From Mobula hypostoma (taxonomy: Eukaryota), in NCBI RefSeq assembly GCF_963921235.1, contig NC_086108.1, positions 83,330,001 to 83,394,000 on the forward strand: a stretch of DNA of 64,000 bases, in the 5' to 3' direction. The notes beneath the pieces are model-generated. The model was not told where the DNA came from. It did no database searches and worked only from the letters and a program-made list of their open reading frames with translations. The position numbers were made by a program, and so were the translations under genes. The stretch's first letter is position 1, and the number at the start of each line of letters is the position of its first letter. Shown one piece after another: positions 23,989-37,440 of the stretch.

Positions 23989-26900
23989 TCCCAGTCTTGA
24001 TTTACAGCACTCCAACATATTCTATAGCTGTTCCTGTAGCAAAATAAGGGCATGCATTTCAGTATCTCCTCACATGCTTCTTTACTAGTATAGCAAGTGC
24101 ATTAAAGCCAATGAGTTCATTTTGAGTAATTTCATGGTCACTTGAGCATGAGTGCTCCCATAAAGGGCAACATCATAGTCATCAAATAATCTGGGTTTTA
24201 GAAATAAAATTATTGAGAAATAAACACTGGTCCCAGGACACCTTGGATAACTGTACTCTGAGAAAGAACCACAGGATAGTTTACGAACACCATAACAGGC
24301 AAACAGGAACTTGATTTAATATCTCAACCAGGAAATAATACCACTCACAATGTAGCACACTTTAATACTGCCCTGATGTGCCAATTTAACTTTTTGTGCT
24401 GGAATGTTAGTTAAACCCAAAGCATTCTGATGCAGATAGAAAAGTCACAGTTTACATTACTCATTATCGATAATCTCAAGCCCAGTCAAATACAATGTTC
24501 TTTAGAATTACAACTAATTAGATAGGACTTGAACATGGGATTCTTCTTTGAACTGTCTCATGTCCTTTAATGTCTCCTTTGTTTCTGAGTGTTCAGAAGT
24601 GTGGTATAACCTCAACAGAGTACAGTTTGATCAATTCTTCCTTGATCATTTTTTGCCAGTGTAGTTCAATCACTTTTGGATTAACTTAGTGTCATTTTGC
24701 AATGGTCAGATATATAGACCAGACAATTAAATACTTCAGTTTTGTAATTCTCTCTTCTCTGGCAATAATCAAAATTATAATTCCTAGAAGCATACATGCT
24801 TTGTATTGTCTGAAAACTTTAACCGAAATGAACGTATCTACAAGGGGGAAAAGTTACTTTTTACAGTGTATTGGGCCAAATTCGGTTTGACGATTTTCTT
24901 CAAAATGAAATACACACGTTGAAATGATTTGCAAAATATCTAATAATTTTATTTCCAAGCAAATAGTATAAGAAAACTCAAAATCAAAAAATATATATAT
25001 AATAAAATGTAAAAGAAATATTGTAGTTGTCTACAATACTCTTGAAGTGGGTAATTCAATTAGTCTGTGCATTGTGCTTTTCAGTTACTTGTAATAGTTT
25101 ATTACAAACTCCATCCAATTTCACACCAGCACAAAATCTTGTAGAAGATTAACTTGCAATCTTCCATAGTTATTGACATTCAGCAAATGTTTATGATTGT
25201 GTACACTCTCCTGATTAGCTCCACAGATATCAAAATCAGTATTATAGATCGCTGTCTCATACAGCTTTTTGTTAAGCAGAACATTCTCTGCAGATTCTGT
25301 ACAAACAAGTCAAATAAGATTTCAAATGATACAGAAGTATACTGGCGTTTTACAAAAATTCAACTTTTCACCTCTCCACAGTCCAAAATTGACAATGGAA
25401 TGTACCAGGTCTTTAACTCAAAGTAAAAAACCTTGCAGTTAATCCAAATGACCCATCTGATGACTCCAATTGGTAATTTAATATCGAGTTAAACAGATTG
25501 TCCTAAAGGCTCAGCAAGTTTATCCAGTGGATCCTTGAATTATTCACACCAGGGAAGTTCCCAATTTGACGGCATCAGAATTTGTGTTGATTTCTGACAA
25601 GTTCCTTATTGTGCAAGCATTTCAGCAGTTGTTGAATAACCTGCTGATACCCAGTGTCATGGCTTGCACGTGTTATCAGAACACATCTGTCATCCGTCAA
25701 GCAATATTGAACGTTGGAAGTAACGGCATCAAAAAAATCAATGATATATGGTTTATCATATTAATAGTATGTAAGAGCAACAACTGATTTAGAGTAACAC
25801 ATTAACTATTAATAGTTGAGAAGTAAAGAATTATTACTTTATCCATATGAATGTATAAGATGTGAAAATGATATGTTTTAATGGCTACACAACATTACAA
25901 CTAAATTATTTGACTTTATAGTAGGACTATCATTTTCTTACTCCCCATGGCTCAGTCATCAGATAGACATGAATTGAATAATGGCTCTATGATCATGAAT
26001 GAGACACTTCTTCAGGCTCAGTATATTTAGGATAGAATGTAGTGCACAGCTCATCAAGCTGTCAACAATTAGTAAGGTTAAACTTCAGAATCTAACAGAG
26101 CAACTGGCATTTGGACAGTATATGAACTCAAACATGGCGTCCCATTGTGTTTCCAGGGGCATGCTGATGAGGATTCTACTCATTTTTTTTAATGAAAAGC
26201 ATTCATCGGAAGGAATCCTCACCAAACTGTTTCCAAGAGGTTATCTAAAGGCATTCTAATGAATGCCTATTGAATCTCATGATATCTGCCATCTAATCTG
26301 CTGGTCAGGTGGCAGTTAAAGGTACTCCCACAATTCAGCTAGACAGGGAGTTCCAGGATTTAGATCCATTAAAAGCATAAACCAGTTCAGGTGTATTACC
26401 TGGAAAGAAACTGCAGGTAAATGTGTGCCAATGTACCTATTGCCTTTGTCCTTCTAGGTGGTAGACATTATATATTGTAGGAGAAGCTGAGGGATTTAAC
26501 TACATGGTATTTTTTTGGTGACACGTGCTGAAGCCATGAGGTGACAGCAGCAGGGGTAATTATGGTTTTGGGTGCTAGATGGGGCCAATCAAAAAGTTTG
26601 ATTTGTCCTGGGTGGTATCAAACTCTGAGTGGTGTTAGTTTCACTCATCCAGGCAAGCAGAAAGTATATCACACTCCTGAATTGCCACAGATATCAGACT
26701 CACTTATTACAGAATACCCAGCCTTTAACCTGTTGTGGCAGGTTAAGCTTCTGGTCATTGTAATCCTCCATCTCCGCCCACCCTTCTCATCAGGAAACTG
26801 ATAGTGGGAGTTTTGTTTATGGTCATGCTACTTATTGTATGTTAAGGGTAGATGATGTGACTCTGTTTAATTGGAGATTAGCAAAGTATGACTCACATGC

Positions 26901-28367
26901 TTCAGGCCACCTGCCGGCCCATACCTGAAAGTTATCTAGACTTTAGTACACACATGCATGCACTGCTCCTTCTGGATTCAAACCATAATTAAGTAATTGA
27001 GCTAGACTAGGCTGGCATTTCAGAGTTACACTGAGAGAATGTTTCTTTAGAAAAGAGAAGCTGAAAAAAAGGCTCCATCTCAGTGTTCGGATGAACAATT
27101 TGAGCTCTCCCATTGTCTGAACCAGCATGACTATACAATTAACTATGCAAAACAGGACAATTTCTATTTCTGTGTATGATACTATTGGGCAAGTTGGGAA
27201 GAGGAATAGGGCTTGTTTTGCTGTTATTGTTTTGTCACTTGTTGTGTTCTGTTTTGTTGTTTTGTTTTCTTCTGCTGAGCATTGTGGCCATGCAATATTG
27301 GTCAGAACAATGTCTCTTTACATCTTAATTTAAAATGCTCTTGACTTTTGACTAACAGAATATTCTGAGAGATTTTCCTCAATGATCTAGTTGATGGTAG
27401 ACTTATCAGAAAATCAAGCAAGTTGGAACTTGCATATATATAAAAACACATATTGCTTTCTGCCCATTTAGATTAAAAGAATTATGTGATTAAAGATCAT
27501 ATTTACACTATTCTGATCGTGTGGTTCACTTTTTCAACTAAAAATGTGCATTATTCTTTGTCAACAAGCTTGGTTATAAACAACATTGCTTCTCCATTCA
27601 ATATACTGCATTGAACTGAATTCCGATTGTTTTAACATTTTGATTATTTGAGGTCAGCTATTGATGTTGCAGCCCAGCTGTCTATGTGATAAGCAAACCA
27701 GGGCGTGGCAATATGGAGAGAAAGCTGTTGCCCATGCAGCTGATGAATCCAAAGGAACGGCAGACACCAATACAGTTTGGCACCAGCGGCATCGCAGGAA
27801 TTGCCAGTCAGTATTGAACTCAATGGGGGACTGCATTAGGGATTCCAGCTTCAGAATTTTCCTCAGGATTTATGCCCAAAGCCTTCCCCATGAGTGGGTA
27901 TAGTGATTCCTCCCCCTTGAGTGGGTACAGCTAGATCTATTAGAATGCAATTTAACGTTTCATTTAAATGACATTCTAATAGGTCTGAAATTCTCAAATT
28001 GCATCATTATGTCCTTGTAAAATATTCCAAGATGACATTATATAGCACTTTAAAATGATGGATTATGTTGGCTGACAGCTATGATTCTGTTCTACCTTCT
28101 ACAAGGTCCTCTTGTTAAATTAAACAAGCATGCAGCCCATTAAAGTGCACCCATTTAAAATAACTTTAAAAAACACACAATTTCAACCAATTCTATGTAA
28201 AGTAACCTAAGAGGTAACATAACCTATAAAAAAAGCTATCTAAGTTAACAGATTGCATAGATACAGTTGCAAGAAAAAATTAGTGAACCCTTTGCAGTTA
28301 CCTGGTTTTCTGCATTAATTACTCATAAAATATGGTCTGATCTTATTCTAGACAAAATTATAGACAA

Positions 28368-28890
28368 AAATAGGACATACATGGTAAATGGTAGGGCATT
28401 GAAGAATGCAGTAGAACAGAGGGATCTAGGAATAATGGTGCATAGTTCCCTGAAGGTGAAATCTCATGTGGATAGGGTAGCGAAGAAAGCTTTTGGTATG
28501 CTGGCCTTTATAAATCAGAGCATTGAGTATAGGAGTTGGGATGTAATGTTAAAATTGTACAAATTTGGAATATTGTGTTCAGTTCTGGTCACCGAATTAT
28601 AGGAAAGATGTCAATAAAATAGAGAGAGTACAGAGTAGATTTACTAGAATGTTACCTGGATCTCAGCACCTAAGTTACAGAGAAAGGTTGAACAAATTGG
28701 GTCTTTATTCTTTGGAGCGTAGAAGGTTGAGGGGGGACAATAGAGGTATTTAAAATTGTGAGGGGGAAAGATAGAGTTGACGTTGGTAGGCTTTTTCCAT
28801 TGAGAGTAGGGGAGATTCAAACAAGAGGACATGAGTTGAGAGTTGAGATGGCCTATTTCCGTGCTGTAATTGTTATATGGTTATATGGTT
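28368..28890 (+). mobile_element. CR1 3' fragment nested in the Tc1 left arm
   Basis: EQRDLG, EYCVQFWSP, LERRRLRGD motifs and a (ttatatgg)n tail. Confidence 0.85.
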
Positions 28891-29147
28891 AAACACAATC
28901 TGCCTAAACTAATAACACACAAATAATTGTACTTCTCATCAATACTGAGTACACCATTTAAACAATCACAGTCCGTGTTCAAAAAAGTTTGTGAGCCTTC
29001 GACAAAAGCTATTTGGAGTCAGTTGTTCCAATCAATGAGATGAGATTGGAGGTGTGGGTTGTGGAGGTGCCCTGCCCTATAAAAAAGACACACAAAGTCA
29101 AGTTACTGACAGAGCTTGCTCTCAAGAAAAATCTCTTTATGTGCACT

Positions 29148-30163
29148 ATGTGTCGATCAAAACATCTTTCAGAGGACCTTAGAAGAATTGTAGAGGTGCA
29201 TGAAGCTGGAAAAGGCTACAAAAGTATTTCTAAAGACCTGAGTGTTCATCAGTCCACAGCAAGAGAACTTGTCTCCAAATGGAGGAAATTCAGTATTATT
29301 ATTCTACCTAGGAGTGGGCATCTGCAAAGATCACACCAAGAGCACAACGTGCAATGCTGAAGGAAGTGAAAAAGAACCCAAGGATATCAGAAAAGGACCT
29401 GCAGAAATCTCTAGAACTTGCTAAAGTCTCTGTTCATGTGTCCATTATGAGAAAAGCATGGAATAAGAATGGTGTTCATGGAAGGACACCATGGAAGAAA
29501 CCACTGCTCTCCAAAAAAAACATTGCTGCATGTCTCAAGTTTGCAAAGACCACCTGGATGTTCGACAAAACTTCTGGGACAATGTTCTGTGGACAGGTGA
29601 GACAAAGGTTAAACTTTCTGTCAGAAATGCACATTGCTATGTTTGGAGGAAAAAGGGCACTGCATACCAACACCAAAATCTCATAACAACTGCAAAGCAT
29701 GGTGGAAGGAGCAGAATCGTTTGGGGCTGCTTTGCTGCCTTGGGGCCTGGACAGCTTGCAATCATTAAGGGAACAATGAATTCAAGACTGCATCAAGAGG
29801 TTTGACAGGAGAATGTTAGGATAGCAGTCCATCACCTGAAGCTTAATAGAAGTTAGATGATGCAACAAGACGATGATCCAAAACACAAGAGTAAATCAAC
29901 AACAGAATGGTTTAAAACGAAGAAAAATTCATGTTTTGGAATGGCCAAGTCAGCGTCTAGTCCTTAACCCAATTGAGATGCTGTGGCTTGACCTGAAGAG
30001 GGCTGTTCATGCAAGGTATCCCAGAAATATTGATGAAGTGAAACAGTTTTGTATGGAGCAATGGTCTAAAATTTCTCCAAGTCGATGTGCAGGACTGATC
30101 AACAGTTACCGGAAAAATTTGGTTGAAGTTATTGCTGCACAAAGAGGTCACACCAGTTACTGA
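29148..30163 (+). pseudogene. Tc1 DD34E-type transposase, frameshifted
   Basis: MCRSKHLSEDLRR...GKGYKSISK...LPRSG; WTGETK (first catalytic D mutated); KHGG; QQDDDPKH; LNPIEMLW; ends RGHTSY*. Confidence 0.9.
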
Positions 30164-32670
30164 AAGCATAGGTTCACATACTTTTTCCAACAAATACGTG
30201 TAATATTGGATCATTTTTCTCAATAAGCAAATGAACAATTGCAATCTGTTTTGTGTTATTTATTTAATCGGGTTCTCTTTATCTAGTTTTAGGACTTGCG
30301 TGAAGATCTGATCACACTTTAGGTCATGTTTGTGCAGAAAGAGAAAATCCTAAAGGGTTCACAAACTTTCTAGCACCATTGTATGTTTAGTTTTGTACTA
30401 AATGACTGCTACAAAACCTGCCTTACATTTAAGTTGTCAACTCAATTAGTTCAATTATAAATCCTGTAAAACGACAGTACGTGCCGGATAAAAGTAAACA
30501 TTCCATTCTTGTTACTCTTGTATAGTCACATTGTCTGTTCATAATGTATCAGAGATGAGCCTTTTTTCTCTCCTTGAATGAACAATCGAAACTCCTCTGT
30601 CTGTCCCTTTCCTTTATGTCAGCTATAGAACGGCCAGCATGCCATTAGTGGTATTATTACATTACCTTTGAAAGAACATTTGAGAGATTAGCTGAATATA
30701 AACAAAACAAATTCAATTTTTTTGAATTATCACATTAAACAGATAGAAATGAATTCAATCACTAGAGGCAGATGCATTAGGAACATTTAGAAAAAACTCT
30801 TGGCTGATAGAAAAATGGAGGGCTATGTAGGGGGGAAGGGTCAGACTGATCTTAGAGTAGGTTAAAAGGTCAACACAACACTGTAGGCCAAAGAGCCTGT
30901 ACTGCAGTCGTCTATGTTTTATGCTAACAAGTTTAATGGCGGTCAATGCTGATTAGCCATCCACAATGACTTATTTAAAGGTACTGTACAGCCCGGTAAC
31001 AGGTTCTCCCGGCCCATCAAGCCTGCATCTCCCAATTACACCCATTGACCAATTAACCTACCAACCCGTACATCTTTGGAATGTAGGAGGAAACTGGAAC
31101 ACCTGAAGGAAACCCACACACAGTCACAGGGAAACTGTACCGGGGATATTGGCCTGGGTCGCTGGCATTAGCGTTAGAAACATAAATAGATGATTATGAT
31201 TTTATGTGAAGTTCACTTCACTATCAAATATAACATAAAGGTTGCAAAGAGTCTGGGGTTTACTGTCAAACAATTGTAGGAAACAGACTTAATAGCAGAT
31301 AAGGAATACAGCGGCTACAGTATTTCCAATATTTATTTGGACAAATTTCTGCTCCTCCACTACTAAATGTTGGGGCAACCTGTTTCATTATTCAGAGATA
31401 AAGGAATTGTCAAGAGAGGTGGTCATGAGGTAGAGCTGGATGGAATTGGACTAGAGCATACATTAAGTGCCCTAGGCCATATCTCTCATGGTGCCTATCA
31501 GTGATAAATGTCACCCCCATCATAAAGTCCTGTATGGTGTCAGCGCCCTGAGGAACACACCAGAACAGACTAAGCGCCATCCATCTCAATACTTTAAAAA
31601 ATACACACTCCTGGTTTAGCAATAGCCAAATTTTTCAAGGACTACGCATGCTCTTGAAATATGTTCAAAGCAATTAAAAGACATAAGCACATTTAAAATA
31701 CCTAAGAACGATGATAAGCAAAACAAAGTAAATACAATTGATTAAAAATACAAATTATCCCATTCTTACATAGTCCCCTCATATTTCTCTCTCCTTATTA
31801 AAATTAAATGGTATTCCTGATTTAGGACCTAACCTGGTACAGGTTCAGTAAACTAATTTGCTTGTGCATTGTTGGTTCTTCTGCAGGACTCCATGGGTGG
31901 GCAACACCAGAGCAGCCATCAATTGAAGGATAATAACGGCCAGCAAGTCCAGGGCTCCTGTGGCCTAGAATGAACTTGGAGAAGCTTTTGAAAAATATTT
32001 CTAACAAATTGGTATGGAATTGTGGTTTCTTTCCAACAGTTCCAGACTATTTTGTTTGCCAAGTTCTGGTCCTTTTGGGCATGATACATGTCTGACAACT
32101 CTTGGTTTTGGTCCAAATCTGGTGTTGAGTTATCCTAGCCATGTAATAGTTGGCCAGAAAGGGAGATGTTATAATAAATGTACATCCGCTGCCAACGTTC
32201 AAGACAGAGTGTCTTATGATCCCCGTTAGATTTCAAATATCTGTCTCAGGTCATCTTATTTAAACAGATGGCTTTGCTGGAGCGAGTATTTCAGTTTAAT
32301 GACATGCTTAGATTGTATTTTTTTCATGAATCTAACAATAAACATCAGAAAATGCTGAATTGCTGTCAGATGACTGAATTAAATCAATTTGGAGAATGCA
32401 TTGTAGGGTTTCAAATGGCAGTTATCCTGAAGTGAGTCCATTTCATTGGCACACAATTTATTATTACCAATCTGTTCCCAAGAGAAACCTTGAAAAGTTT
32501 TGACTACTGTTCTGACTCTTCATTTATGACTTTAAATGAATCTGCTTGTTCAGAATTTGCGGGGCTCAGACCAAAGACGGCCATTTTTTTAATAATCTTC
32601 TTAGTCTTGGCTCAAATGCTGGGTTACATTTCACAAGGAGAGTTATTGCGTGGCTGTTCTCAAGCTGGAA

Positions 32671-32700
32671 TTAGTGGCAAATTTTCTCTGTCATGACTTT
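32671..32700 (-). CDS. MOB3C: MOB3 terminal coding exon (KVMTEKICH*), followed by 3' UTR
   Basis: Strong acceptor ctttgttctttttctttctaacAG (32701-2), then AAA GTC ATG ACA GAG AAA ATT TGC CAC TAA. It is 30 nt, phase 0, joins ...LEPL and resembles MOB3C REMTERICH. Intron 32701-46845. Confidence 0.9.
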   Translation of the reverse strand, partial: KVMTEKICH

Positions 32701-34071
32701 CTGTTAGAAAGAAAAAGAACAAAGCATTTAGTTTCTTCACATGGAAAAAAAAGAGTATTGTTAGAGTTCAGTAAAATTTAAAATACAGTGATTTTCCTGA
32801 ACAGTCAGACTGCAAAATAGGGCAACTAGAAATCCCAAAGCCAAAGTTATTGTAGCATAGACAACAACAGCAGCATCATCTTTCATTTATATTATTCTCT
32901 CAACGTGGGAAGACTTCCCAAGGTGAACAATGTAATTAATGACTGTAACCTTTCTATTCCACCCATTTTAGACTGAAGCAACCTAAAAACCCTGAAAATG
33001 TTAACAATCCACATGTAGAAAGTGATGTACAAGTTTAGCAGTTGATTGCAATTTCACTACATCAAGGAAAACAAAATACTGTACTTCTAAAAATTTGCAG
33101 AATTTAGGTGAAAATAAATCATAAAATGTTAAAGAAATAGATAAAATACAACTTAGCCCAAACTACCTCTTGTATGCTATACCTATGGCAGCAATTCCAT
33201 TATTACATAGTCAGAATATGTTCAATTTTTGTTGATCACATTGATTAATCTTCTGAAGGAATATGAAGTATCTATCGAAATCTTTTGTAACAGATCTGTA
33301 TTTCAAGCACTGGTTGACACTAACACAGATATTAGATTTAGTCAAGTTGACTGTTCCCTCCTTTATAATTTTTCCCCTGTTAACTGTGACTCTAAAAAGG
33401 GAACTCTTCACTTGATATACATCTTATTTAAGAATTAATCATCGATTGATTAATTCTTCACTTTACTGCCATCTAATAAAATCTTACAAATATTATTGAC
33501 TCAGTTTGGGATTTTGTGCTCCATTTTGTCAGACAGGTTACCAACAGGAGTTTATCCTGCAGTTTGTTTTTTGTAGCAATTGAACAATCTAATATTTTCT
33601 AATATAATCATTTGAAGAAAAAATATCAATATGAAACTTAAGGAAACACTTAATTTTGTTCTTTTTTCATTCTCTACTTCATTAGAAATTTGAGGAGATT
33701 TGGTATGTCACCAAAGACTCTTGCTAATTTGTATAGATATACAGTGGAGACTATTCTGACTGGTTGCATCACAGTCTAATATGGCGTCTCCAATGCACAG
33801 GATCACAAGAGGCAACAGGGCACTATAGACTCAGCCAATCCCATCACAGGCACAACATTCCCCACCATCAATGACATGTTTAAGCAGCAGTGCCTCAAAG
33901 ATCAAAGTTCAAATTAAATTTAATATCAAAGTACATACAACCCTGAGATTCATTTTCTTGTGGGCAATCACAGTAAATACAAGAAACACAATAGAATCCA
34001 TGAAAGCAGCACACACACACAAAATGGAAGAGAAACGCAGAAGGTCAGGCAGCATCTATAAAAAGAGTAAA

Positions 34072-34109
34072 CAGTCGACGTCTCGGGCCAAGACTCTTCA
34101 TCAGGACTG
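34072..34109 (-). ncRNA. Minimal hammerhead motif, core mutated (GAGAC)
   Basis: CAGUC-CUGAUGA-AGAG-UCUUGG-CCC-GAGACGUC-GACUG. Confidence 0.55.
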
Positions 34110-34984
34110 AGAGGGAGATCTTCCTCTTTACTGTCAGATTTCTGAATGGTTCATGAACCCGTGAACTCTATTTGTCTTTTGCACTATTTTATAATTTAGT
34201 TATTTTTATGCCTTGTATGGCACTACTGTTGCAAAATAACACATTTCATGGCATATGTCAGTGATAACAAACATGATTCTGATATAGTATCCTTTCCAGA
34301 TCTGGATATGAGCTCCTTCAGGTTTCTGCTATGATATGCTTCCAGCCTTATTTTCCCCTTATAAAATATTTCACCAGCCTATTGCAGAGTATGGAGTTGT
34401 TTATTAAAAATGGAAGGACAGTTTTCTCTCCCTCCAGAGATGCTGCCTATGCTGCTGAGTTCCTTTAGTACTTATGTGCTGCTCCAGATTCCAGCATCTC
34501 TTGTGCTTTCAACTCAAATGGAAATGTCAGCCTTTGAAGCATGTTGAATATGTAATATTCCAAGCAATTCATCTGCAATGGAAGATTATTCCATTGATTT
34601 CTAACATTAACATTCAAAAATGTAGTTTCAGTGATCATAATCTTCAATAATGAGATATTTAAACTTGCTTTCCTTAGATACATATTATTCCACCTATTTT
34701 CTGTAATTGCATGCCTGCCCCATTCTGCTCTTTGCAAACACTAGAAAAGACACAGAATAAATGCCATGATGACTAACTCTAAACCTCATTATAATAGAAT
34801 TAGAGATGAGGATTCTAATTTGTTAATTATAATAAAGGTTTCTGGTCTGTCTCCACTGTTCCAAAATGTACATCGCTAGCTGCCACGTAAAGGACTGGTG
34901 CATATATTAAGAGAACAATGTACTGGGGGAAGTTTGCAGCATGCATTGCAAATTGAAATTTGGAATAATATTGGGAGGAAAAAA

Positions 34985-35725
34985 TTTTCTTTTTAATTTT
35001 ATTTTTATTTGGATAAGGTATTCACAAGTAATACACAAACTTTTTTTAACATATATAACCTTTTCCATTTTTTATGTGAGTAAATCTACATTAATTTGTA
35101 CATTCACAAGTGCACATTGAGATAATATAGAAAATAATTAGGCACTCGATAGACGTTTGTGCAATTGTAATTCCACTCTATTAATCTAAATAATGATAAT
35201 AGTTGTTATAAAAAATGTTAATAATAGTGGTTGAAAACTAATTTCCATGTATCTCTTCTGGTCCATTTCTTTCTGGTCCAAAATTTCCCCAGATCTTTTC
35301 TTTACTTGTGTTAATTCTACATTTTCCAAAAAAAAAGAGCAGTAAACATTCGAGCCAAGGGTGTTCTATTACTATGTTGGTGAGACAAACAGTATAAACC
35401 ATTAGGAGAGTTATCTAAAGTCTGCTCACTCTGGGGTCATAAATTCAATCCATTTATTTTATAAAATTTGAAAAAAATTTTCCTTTTGAATTTTCAGAGA
35501 GTAGGTCATCTTTTCCATTTTAAATATTTCCAAAATGATTTCATGCCAATCTTCTAATGTAGGTGATGTTGGATTTAACCACTTTCTGGTGGTTGATTTC
35601 TTACTTGCCGCTAAAAGGGCCAGCAGCAGCTTTATATCTTTCTTCTGTTCCAAAAACAATACATGCACCAAGTAGAGAGTCTCAAAGTTCAGAGGTATCT
35701 GAGTCCTAAATACTTTAACTAATGT
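34985..35725 (-). mobile_element. L1 LINE 3' end (ORF2 C-terminus, UTR, A-rich tail)
   Basis: LLAASKKSTTRKWLNPTSPTLEDWHEII...MEKMTY; T-rich run at 34985-35010. Confidence 0.8.
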
Positions 35726-35739
35726 GGGAGTAAGAATTT

Positions 35740-37440
35740 TCAAAATTGAGAGACATCACTCCTAGGGTACCCCTGACATCACTTCCTTATATTCATCTGT
35801 TTATTGTTTATATTAATGACCTAATGGAAGGAACAAAATTTAAGATCTGCAAGCTTGTCAATCATATGAAAATGGGTGGAAGGGCTTGTTGTCATCAGGG
35901 CGTTAATTTCTGCAACGGGTTGTATGCATTTTGAGTAACTGGGAAAAGATCTGTTAAATGGAGCGTAATATGGGGAAGTGTAAGGTCATGGACTTGGGAA
36001 GAAGAATCAACAGGCAAACTGTTATCTAAATGGAGAGAGACCACAAAGGAATAAAGTTCAGAGGTACACAGGTGTTCTAGAGCATAAATCACAAAGAAAA
36101 GTAGGAAGATCCAACGAGTAGTTAAGAAAACAAATAAAAAGTTAGTCCTTATTGTGAAGGTGCTGGAGATTAAGAGTACTGAGTTATAGTTGCACTTGTA
36201 CAGAGTGTTGGTGAGGCCACATCTGGAATACCAGGCACAGCTTTGGCTCCCTTACTAAAAATGGATACAAGAACCCAAGATATAGGAGCAAAATTAGGCT
36301 ATTTGGCTCATTGGGACTTCTCCGCCATTTCATTATGGCTGATCCATTTACCATCTCAGCCCCAATCTCCTGCCTTCTCCCCATATCCCTTATCAAGAAT
36401 CTATCAACCTCCAGCTTAAATACACGTAAAGACTTGGCCTCCACAGCCCCCTGTGGCAACAAATTCCACAGATTCACCACACTTTGGCTAAAAGAAATTT
36501 TTCCTCATCTCCATTCTAGAAGAATACCCCTCTATTATGAGGCTGTGTCCTCTGGTCCTAGCCTCCCACCATGGGAAACATCCTCCCTACATCCACTCTA
36601 TTGAGGCCTTTCAATATTCAATATATTTCAATTAGGTCACCCCTCAGTCTTCTGAATTCTAGTGAATACAGACCCAAAGCCATCAAACAATCTTCATGAC
36701 AAGCCATTCAATCCTGGAATCATTTTCGTGAACCTCCTTCAAACCAGTATCAGCACATCTTTTCTAAGATAAGAGGCCCAAAACTGTTCACGGTACTCCA
36801 AGTGAGGTCTCAGCAATGCTTCATACAGCCTCAACATAACATCTTTGCTTTTATATTCTAGTCCTCTTGAAATAAATGCTAACATTGTATTTGCCCTCCT
36901 CACCACCGACACAACATGCAAATTAACCTTTAGGGTGTCCTGCACAAGGACTATACAGTAGCATTGGAGGCTGTTTGAAAGAAAATATATTGGCTAATTA
37001 GTGGGATGAAAAGGTTATCTTATCAAAAGAGGCTAAACAATTTGGGTCCATCTACCTTTGAGTTTAGAAGAATGAGGGTGACCTTATGCAAACATACAAG
37101 ATCTTAAAAGTGACTCTAGGATAGATGTTGAGATGCTTTTGCTAGTGAGTCATATCAAAGGGGGCACAACAAAACAAGGGGCCTGCCATTTTAAACTGTG
37201 GTGCATAGAAATACCCTCTCTCAGAGGGTAGTGAATCGCTGGAATTCTCTGTGGTGGAGGCCAGATCATTAGATGTATTTGAGGTAGAGATGGGTAAATA
37301 TTTGAAAGGTCAAGGAATTGAGGGCTACACAGAAGTTGCACAGAAGAGGAGCCAAGGCCAGCAAAGGATCTTGCTGAATGATGGACAGGTCTCAGGGATG
37401 AGTGGGTCCCTCCTGCTCTTGTGTCTTTGTGTTCTCTCCT
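35740..37440. mobile_element. Nested CR1 3' fragments in both orientations
   Basis: LYEALLRPHLEY, VNLWNLLPQ, LVRPHLEY motifs on both strands. Confidence 0.75.

Larger units (their letters stand above)
28264..30381 (+). mobile_element. Tc1/mariner DNA transposon with IR/DR termini (Frog Prince/Sleeping Beauty-type)
   Basis: Flanked by TA (28262-3, 30382-3). Imperfect TIRs CAGTTG...GTGAACCCTT / AAGGGTTCAC...CATTG; inner direct repeats near 28982 and 30170. Confidence 0.9.

Noticed and set aside
27738..27775. CTGATGA followed by a small hairpin as another hammerhead
   Set aside because: No downstream GAAA core or NUH/stem I; probably part of another repeat (possibly a Vingi-like 5' region).
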